Made by a program: the position numbers and the translations under genes. 32,000 bases of DNA from Cylindrospermopsis raciborskii Cr2010 (lineage in GTDB: Bacteria; Cyanobacteriota; Cyanobacteriia; Cyanobacteriales; Nostocaceae), in NCBI RefSeq assembly GCF_003367075.2, contig NZ_CP065936.1:510001-542000 (forward strand), given 5' to 3'. Of this stretch, positions 27,170-32,000 are shown piece by piece (the stretch's first letter is position 1; the number at the start of each line of letters is the position of its first letter). The notes beneath the pieces were generated by a model. The model was not told where the DNA came from and ran no database searches. It saw nothing but the letters and a program-made list of their open reading frames with translations.

Positions 27170-28281
27170 CTGCAACAAATTCTTGCTTCCGGTAAAATCA
27201 ACATAGCATCACCAAAAGAATAGAAACGATATCTAGATGCGATCGCCTGTTTATAAATACCTAATAATCTTTCTCGACCAATTAGGGAACTAACTAACAT
27301 AAGCAAACTAGAACGAGGTAGATGAAAGTTAGTAATAAGACCTTCCACGACACGCCACTGATAGCCTGGATAAATAAAAAGATTAACTTTGCCTGTATAT
27401 GGTTGTAAAGAACCAGTTTGGGCAGAACCTTCTAAAGCGCGAACTACCGTAGTACCAACCGCAATAATTCGCCCTCCAGCATTTTTGGTAGAGTAAATCT
27501 TCTCTACCAAATCCCCACTAACTTCTATCCATTCTTCATGCATTTGGTGGGTAGTAACATCTTCCACTTCCACTGGTCGAAATGTGCCGACACCAACATG
27601 TAAAGTGAGAAACTCCTGTTCAATACCGCGCTCCCGCAATTTGACCAATAGTTCTGGTGTAAAGTGAAGTCCTGCTGTGGGAGCTGCCACAGCACCGTCG
27701 TATTTAGCATATACAGTTTGATATTGCTCCTCCAGCGCATGAGAATTATTAATATAAGGTGGTAAAGGAACCTCCCCCAATTTGTGTAATAAATGGAGCA
27801 AAGAAACATTTATAGGCAAATCAAATTGCAACAATCTACCGCCCGTATTCTCATCCCGTTCAATCACCCTAGCAGTGAATTGGGGTATTAATTTATCCGC
27901 AGAGGATAATCCCTGATCATCAAAAATAATTTCAGTTCCGACGTTAAAATATTTACCTGGTTTAACCAATGCCAACCAACAATTATGTTGTTTTTCTTCC
28001 AAAAGTAACACTTCCACCCTTGCTCCTGTAGACTTGCGACCATATAGTCGAGCGGGGATAACTCGTGTATTATTCATCACTAATAAATCCCCAGGTTTTA
28101 ATAATTCTGGTAGATCTCTAAAAATGTGGTCTAGAGGAGGTGTGGAGGTTCCCGTATTGGGGGAATTAATCACCATTAAGCGAGAACTGTCTCTGGGAAC
28201 CACGGGGTTCTGGGCAATTAATTCTGGAGGTAGTTCATAGTCATATCCAGATAATGAGATATCTAGGTCACTATTTTGCAT
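27166..28281 (-). CDS. queA: S-adenosylmethionine:tRNA ribosyltransferase-isomerase
   Basis: YDYELPPELIAQNP...SRLMV, VAAPTAGLHFT and GTTVVRALE are canonical QueA motifs. Confidence 0.92.
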   Translation of the reverse strand: MQNSDLDISLSGYDYELPPELIAQNPVVPRDSSRLMVINSPNTGTSTPPLDHIFRDLPELLKPGDLLVMNNTRVIPARLYGRKSTGARVEVLLLEEKQHNCWLALVKPGKYFNVGTEIIFDDQGLSSADKLIPQFTARVIERDENTGGRLLQFDLPINVSLLHLLHKLGEVPLPPYINNSHALEEQYQTVYAKYDGAVAAPTAGLHFTPELLVKLRERGIEQEFLTLHVGVGTFRPVEVEDVTTHQMHEEWIEVSGDLVEKIYSTKNAGGRIIAVGTTVVRALEGSAQTGSLQPYTGKVNLFIYPGYQWRVVEGLITNFHLPRSSLLMLVSSLIGRERLLGIYKQAIASRYRFYSFGDAMLILPEARICCS

Positions 28282-28370
28282 TCTTATTCTTTGAATTAGG
28301 ATATTTAATGTCTAAATGCTTCATATTAGCATCAAGGTTTTTTAAGTGCTGTCAGAGATTAATCTGACAA

Positions 28371-28435
28371 CTCTGGGAGATGAAAGAGCTAATTGGCGTT
28401 CATAAAGCTATAATTGTACATCCTAGGGGAGGTGT
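28371..28435 (+). pseudogene. Diverged 65-bp scrap of an Rpn-like gene
   Basis: About 75 percent identical to 29521-29585 of the intact copy, but placed out of order in front of copy 1. Confidence 0.55.
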
Positions 28436-29194
28436 CAATATGAGGAAGAATTTCCCCAGAGAATGTACATCTATAATTATCGTGCTTTTAACCTAAATCA
28501 AAAACCGGTGATTAGTCTGGCAATTCTGGGAGATGAGAGAGCTGATTGGCAACCAGAAAGTTATAATCATAGCTTATGAGGGTGTGAAGTAACCCTGAAA
28601 TTCCCCATAGTAAAATTACTCAGCTATGAAGCCAAATGGTCAGAGCTAGAAGAAAGTAATAATCCTTTTGCTATCATAGTGATGGCACATTTAAAGACAA
28701 AAGCAACCACCCGGAACCTAGGGGAGAGAGAAAAATGGAAATGGAGTTTAATCAGGGGATTATATGATAAGGGGTTCGATAGAGAGCAAATAATTCGATT
28801 ATTTGGGATAATTGACATCATGATGGAGTTACCCAAAAAGTTACAGGAAAGTTTGGATAGTAAGATAAAGACATTTGAGGAGGATAGAAAGATGCCGTTA
28901 TTAACTAATATGGAGTTAAGAGGAATAGAAACTGGTAAGGAAATCGGTAAGGAAATCGGGAGGGAAATTGGCATATTAGAAAAAGCTCATGAAGATGTGA
29001 AGCTGGTGTTGAGAACAAGATTGGGTGACATACCAGTGAAAATTGAGCAAGCTGTGGATAAAATATCAGTATTGTCTATTTTAGATAAGCTGTTAAAAGT
29101 GGCAATCAAAGTTGATTGTTTTGAGGACTTTCATCAATCCTTAGTCAAATTGTCTCCTAAAGTTCCCGAATCAAATGAGTCAGATAAGAGCTAA
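28436..29194 (+). pseudogene. Rpn/YhgA-like nuclease paralogue, copy 1: lacks the first ~87 codons and has an in-frame TGA at 28577-28579
   Basis: Collinear with 29433-30215 of the intact copy. AAC ATA GGA is changed to AGC TTA TGA. The remaining open frame 28679..29194 (171 aa) starts at the conserved internal VMAHLKTK and covers only the C-terminal domain (variant A). Confidence 0.8.
28934..28969 (+). repeat. 12-bp coding tandem repeat, 3 units (GKEI GKEI GREI)
   Basis: GGTAAGGAAATC x2 plus GGGAGGGAAATT. Confidence 0.9.
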
Positions 29195-30215
29195 TTATGA
29201 CGAACCATGGAAAGAAGCATTAACCGAGTATTTTGAACAATTTTTGCTCTTCTTCTTTCCTTCAATTCACCAATTAATCAATTGGGAAAAAATCCCCGAG
29301 TCTCTGGATAAAGAATTACAAAGAGTCACAGCTTCTTCAAAAACGGAAAAACGCTATGCAGATAAACTATACAAGGTTTGGCTGGTTAGTGGAGAAGAAA
29401 TGTGGGTGTTAATTCATATTGAAATTCAAAGTCAATATGAGGAAGAATTTCCCCAGAGAATGTACATCTATAATTATCGTGCTTTTGACCTAAATCAAAA
29501 ACCGGTGATTAGTTTGGCAATTCTGGGAGATGAGAGAGCTGATTGGCAACCAGAAAGTTATAATCATAACATAGGAGGGTGTGAAGTAACCCTGAAATTC
29601 CCCATAGTAAAATTACTCAGCTATGAAGCCAAATGGTCAGAGCTAGAAGAAAGTAATAATCCTTTTGCTATCATAGTGATGGCACATTTAAAGACAAAAG
29701 CAACCACCCGGAACCTAGGGGAGAGAGAAAAATGGAAATGGAGTTTAATCAGGGGATTATATGATAAGGGGTTCGATAGAGAGCAAATAATTCGATTATT
29801 TGGGATAATTGACATTATGATGGAGTTACCCAAAAAGTTACAGGAAAGTTTGGATAGTAAGATAAAGACATTTGAGGAGGATAGAAAGATGCCGTTATTA
29901 ACTAATATGGAGTTAAGAGGAATAGAGACTGGTAAGGAAATTGGCAAGGAAATTGGTAAGGAAATTGGTAAGGAAATTGGTGAGGGAATTGGCATATTGA
30001 AAAATGCCCGTGATTATGTGAAGCTGGTGTTGAGAACAAGATTGGGTGACATACCAGTGAAAATTGAGCAAGCTGTGGATAAAATATCAGTATTGTCTAT
30101 TTTAGATGAGCTGTTAAAAGTGGCAATCAAAGTTGATTGTTTTGAGGACTTTCATCAATCCTTAGTCAAATTGTCTCCTAAAGTTCCCGAATCAAATGAG
30201 TCAGATAAGAGCTAA
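29175..30215 (+). CDS. Rpn-family (YhgA-like, PD-(D/E)XK, Transposase_31/DUF4351-type) recombination-promoting nuclease / putative transposase, 346 aa, the only intact copy
   Basis: N-terminal YDEPWKEAL and a core YADKLYKVWL...VLIHIEIQSQYEEEFPQRMYIY (D...E-x-Q nuclease motif layout of YhgA-like proteins). The C-terminal helical domain contains (GKEI)4. Confidence 0.8.
   Translation: MSQIRANYDEPWKEALTEYFEQFLLFFFPSIHQLINWEKIPESLDKELQRVTASSKTEKRYADKLYKVWLVSGEEMWVLIHIEIQSQYEEEFPQRMYIYNYRAFDLNQKPVISLAILGDERADWQPESYNHNIGGCEVTLKFPIVKLLSYEAKWSELEESNNPFAIIVMAHLKTKATTRNLGEREKWKWSLIRGLYDKGFDREQIIRLFGIIDIMMELPKKLQESLDSKIKTFEEDRKMPLLTNMELRGIETGKEIGKEIGKEIGKEIGEGIGILKNARDYVKLVLRTRLGDIPVKIEQAVDKISVLSILDELLKVAIKVDCFEDFHQSLVKLSPKVPESNESDKS
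29931..29990 (+). repeat. 12-bp coding tandem repeat, 5 units (GKEI x4, GEGI)
   Basis: GGYAAGGAAATT x4 plus GGTGAGGGAATT. Confidence 0.9.
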
Positions 30216-30805
30216 TTATGACGAACCATGGAAAGAAGCATTAACCGAGTATTTTGAACAATTCTTCTTCTTCTTTCCTTCAATTCACCAATTAAGTGGG
30301 TGAAAAGACAAAAGCAACCACCCGGAACCTAGGGGAGAGAGAAAAATGGAAATGGAGTTTAATCAGGGGATTATATGATAAGGGGTTCGATAGAGAGCAA
30401 ATAATTCGATTATTTGGGATAATTGACATCATGATGGAGTTACCCAAAAAGTTACAGGAAAGTTTGGATAGTAAGATAAAGACATTTGAGGAGGATAGAA
30501 AGATGCCGTTATTAACTAATATGGAGTTAAGAGGAATAGAAACTGGTAAGGAAATCGGTAAGGAAATCGGGAGGGAAATTGGCATATTAGAAAAAGCTCA
30601 TGAAGATGTGAAGCTGGTGTTGAGAACAAGATTGGGTGACATACCAGTGAAAATTGAGCAAGCTGTGGATAAAATATCAGTATTGTCTATTTTAGATGAG
30701 CTGTTAAAAGTGGCAATCAAAGTTGATTGTTTTGAGGACTTTCATCAATCCTTAGTCAAATTGTCTCCTAAAGTTCCCGAATCAAATGAGTCAGATAAGA
30801 GCTAA
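30196..30805 (+). pseudogene. Rpn-like copy 3: 5' stump (35 codons, 30196-30303) fused by an internal deletion to the C-terminal domain (ORF 30296..30805, 169 aa, variant A)
   Basis: The junction ...CACCAATTAAGTGGGTGA|AAAGACAAAAGC joins the first 8 nt of the 112-bp insert directly to codon KTKATT. Confidence 0.8.
30545..30580 (+). repeat. 12-bp coding tandem repeat, 3 units
   Basis: Same as copy 1. Confidence 0.9.
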
Positions 30806-30885
30806 TTATGACGAACCATGGAAAGAAGCATTAACCGAGTATTTTGAACAATTCTTCTTCTTCTTTCCTTCAATTCACCAATTAA

Positions 30886-30997
30886 GTGGGTGAGTGGAAT
30901 TAAATATAAGATCAACGTAGGTTGGGTTGAAGTATGAAACCCAACATCCCCATGGGTCTCGTTACTCGACCCACCCTACAAATAATTGTGCCTCCCT
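30886..30997 (+). mobile_element. 112-bp structured, MITE-like insert
   Basis: Inverted repeats GTGGGTGAGT / ACTCGACCCAC, a nested pair GTAGGTTGGGTT / GACCCACCCTAC, and a local hairpin GTTGGGTT-N9-AACCCAAC. No coding capacity. Confidence 0.5.
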
Positions 30998-31459
30998 TAT
31001 AATTATCGTGCTTTTGACCTAAATCAAAAACCGGTGATTAGTTTGGCAATTCTGGGAGATGAGAGAGCTGATTGGCAACCAGAAAGTTATAATCATAACA
31101 TAGGAGGGTGTGAAGTAACCCTGAAATTCCCCATAGTAAAATTACTCAGCTATGAAGCCAAATGGTCAGAGCTAGAAGAAAGTAATAATCCTTTTGCTAT
31201 CATAGTGATGGCACATTTAAAGACAAAAGCAACCACCCGGAACCTAGGGGAGAGAGAAAAATGGAAATGGAGTTTAATCAGGGGATTATATGATAAGGGG
31301 TTCGATAGAGAGCAAATAATTCGATTATTTGGGATAATTGACATTATGATGGAGTTACCCAAAAAGTTACAGGAAAGTTTGGATAGTAAGATAAAGACAT
31401 TTGAGGAGGATAGAAAGATGCCGTTATTAACTAATATGGAGTTAAGAGGAATAGAGACT

Positions 31460-31531
31460 GGTAAGGAAATTGGCAAGGAAATTGGTAAGGAAATTGGTAA
31501 GGAAATTGGTAAGGAAATTGGTGAGGGAATT
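31460..31531 (+). repeat. 12-bp coding tandem repeat, 6 units (GKEI x5, GEGI)
   Basis: One unit more than in the intact copy. Confidence 0.9.
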
Positions 31532-31736
31532 GGCATATTGAAAAATGCCCGTGATTATGTGAAGCTGGTGTTGAGAACAAGATTGGGTGACATACCAGTG
31601 AAAATTGAGCAAGCTGTGGATAAAATATCAGTATTGTCTATTTTAGATGAGCTGTTAAAAGTGGCAATCAAAGTTGATTGTTTTGAGGACTTTCATCAAT
31701 CCTTAGTCAAATTGTCTCCTAAAGTTCCCGAATCAA

Positions 31737-32000
31737 ATGAGTCAGATAAGAGCTAATTATGACGAACCATGGAAAGAAGCATTAACCGAGTATTTTGAAC
31801 AATTCTTCTTCTTCTTTCCTTCAATTCACCAATTAAGTGGGTGAGTGGAATTAAATATAAGATCAACGTAGGTTGGGTTGAAGTATGAAACCCAACATCC
31901 CCATGGGTCTCGTTACTCGACCCACCCTACAAATAATTGTGCCTCCCTTATAATTATCGTGCTTTTGACCTAAATCAAAAACCGGTGATTAGTTTGGCAA
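31737..32000 (+). pseudogene. Rpn-like copy 5 (same structure as copy 4), runs off the window
   Basis: 31737-32000 repeats 30786-31049 with a 951-bp period. Confidence 0.75.
31837..31948 (+). mobile_element. Second copy of the 112-bp structured insert
   Basis: Identical context and sequence, 951 bp downstream of the first. Confidence 0.5.

Larger units (their letters stand above)
30786..31756 (+). pseudogene. Rpn-like copy 4: 5' stump, 112-bp insert replacing the nuclease core, then ORF 30986..31756 (256 aa, variant B, (GKEI)5)
   Basis: Identical to the intact copy up to 30885 and from 30998 on. The segment encoding INWEK...PQRMYI is absent. Confidence 0.8.

Noticed and set aside
28351-28368. 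Perfect small palindrome GTCAGA-GATTAA-TCTGAC just before the Rpn array
   Set aside because: It is a single 6-bp stem without a T-tract or repetition elsewhere in the window, so it could easily be chance.
28624-31536. Minus-strand ORFs starting MPISLPISLPISLP... (28624..28974, 29621..29995, 30292..30585, 31150..31536)
   Set aside because: They are the antisense reading of the (GKEI)n repeat and of the Rpn C-terminal domain. They have no family resemblance and a low-complexity composition, and they exist only because the sense ORF lacks stops on the opposite strand.

Overview
This is a cyanobacterial chromosome segment. It is AT-rich with many HIP1 GCGATCGC octamers, and the gene content plus a hetF/NsiR1 locus point to a heterocyst-forming Nostocales strain. 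It divides into three parts.

(1) 1-9060 is an eroding glycosyltransferase/methyltransferase (surface polysaccharide type) island. Three IS families have reshaped it: an IS5-like stump, an IS1 and an IS630. They leave four gene stumps: an IS5-like transposase, asnB, a methyltransferase and an OmpR-type response regulator. The island also holds a hicAB toxin-antitoxin pair embedded in an unexplained ~174-bp tandem repeat array.

(2) 9075-28281 is core housekeeping: S41 C-terminal protease, petBD, an RsbW-like kinase, pyrE, a GNAT, a conserved cyanobacterial two-gene unit of unknown function, apt, an ABC permease, glnB, hetF, hemD, cobA, homogentisate phytyltransferase, gamma-tocopherol methyltransferase, ktrBA and queA. 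Three tandem NsiR1-type sRNA genes, each with a TCCGGA (DIF) promoter motif and an intrinsic terminator, lie upstream of and antisense to hetF.

(3) 28371-32000 (running off the window) is a head-to-tail array of near-identical Rpn/YhgA-like (PD-(D/E)XK, Transposase_31-type) nuclease gene copies. Only one copy is intact. The others keep just the C-terminal domain, differ in a 12-bp (GKEI)n coding repeat, and two carry a 112-bp structured insert in place of the nuclease core.

The most interesting candidates for new biology are the Rpn array (one nuclease plus several C-terminal-only paralogues) and the 174-bp repeat array around hicAB. All calls come from reading the sequence and recalling protein families; no searches were run.
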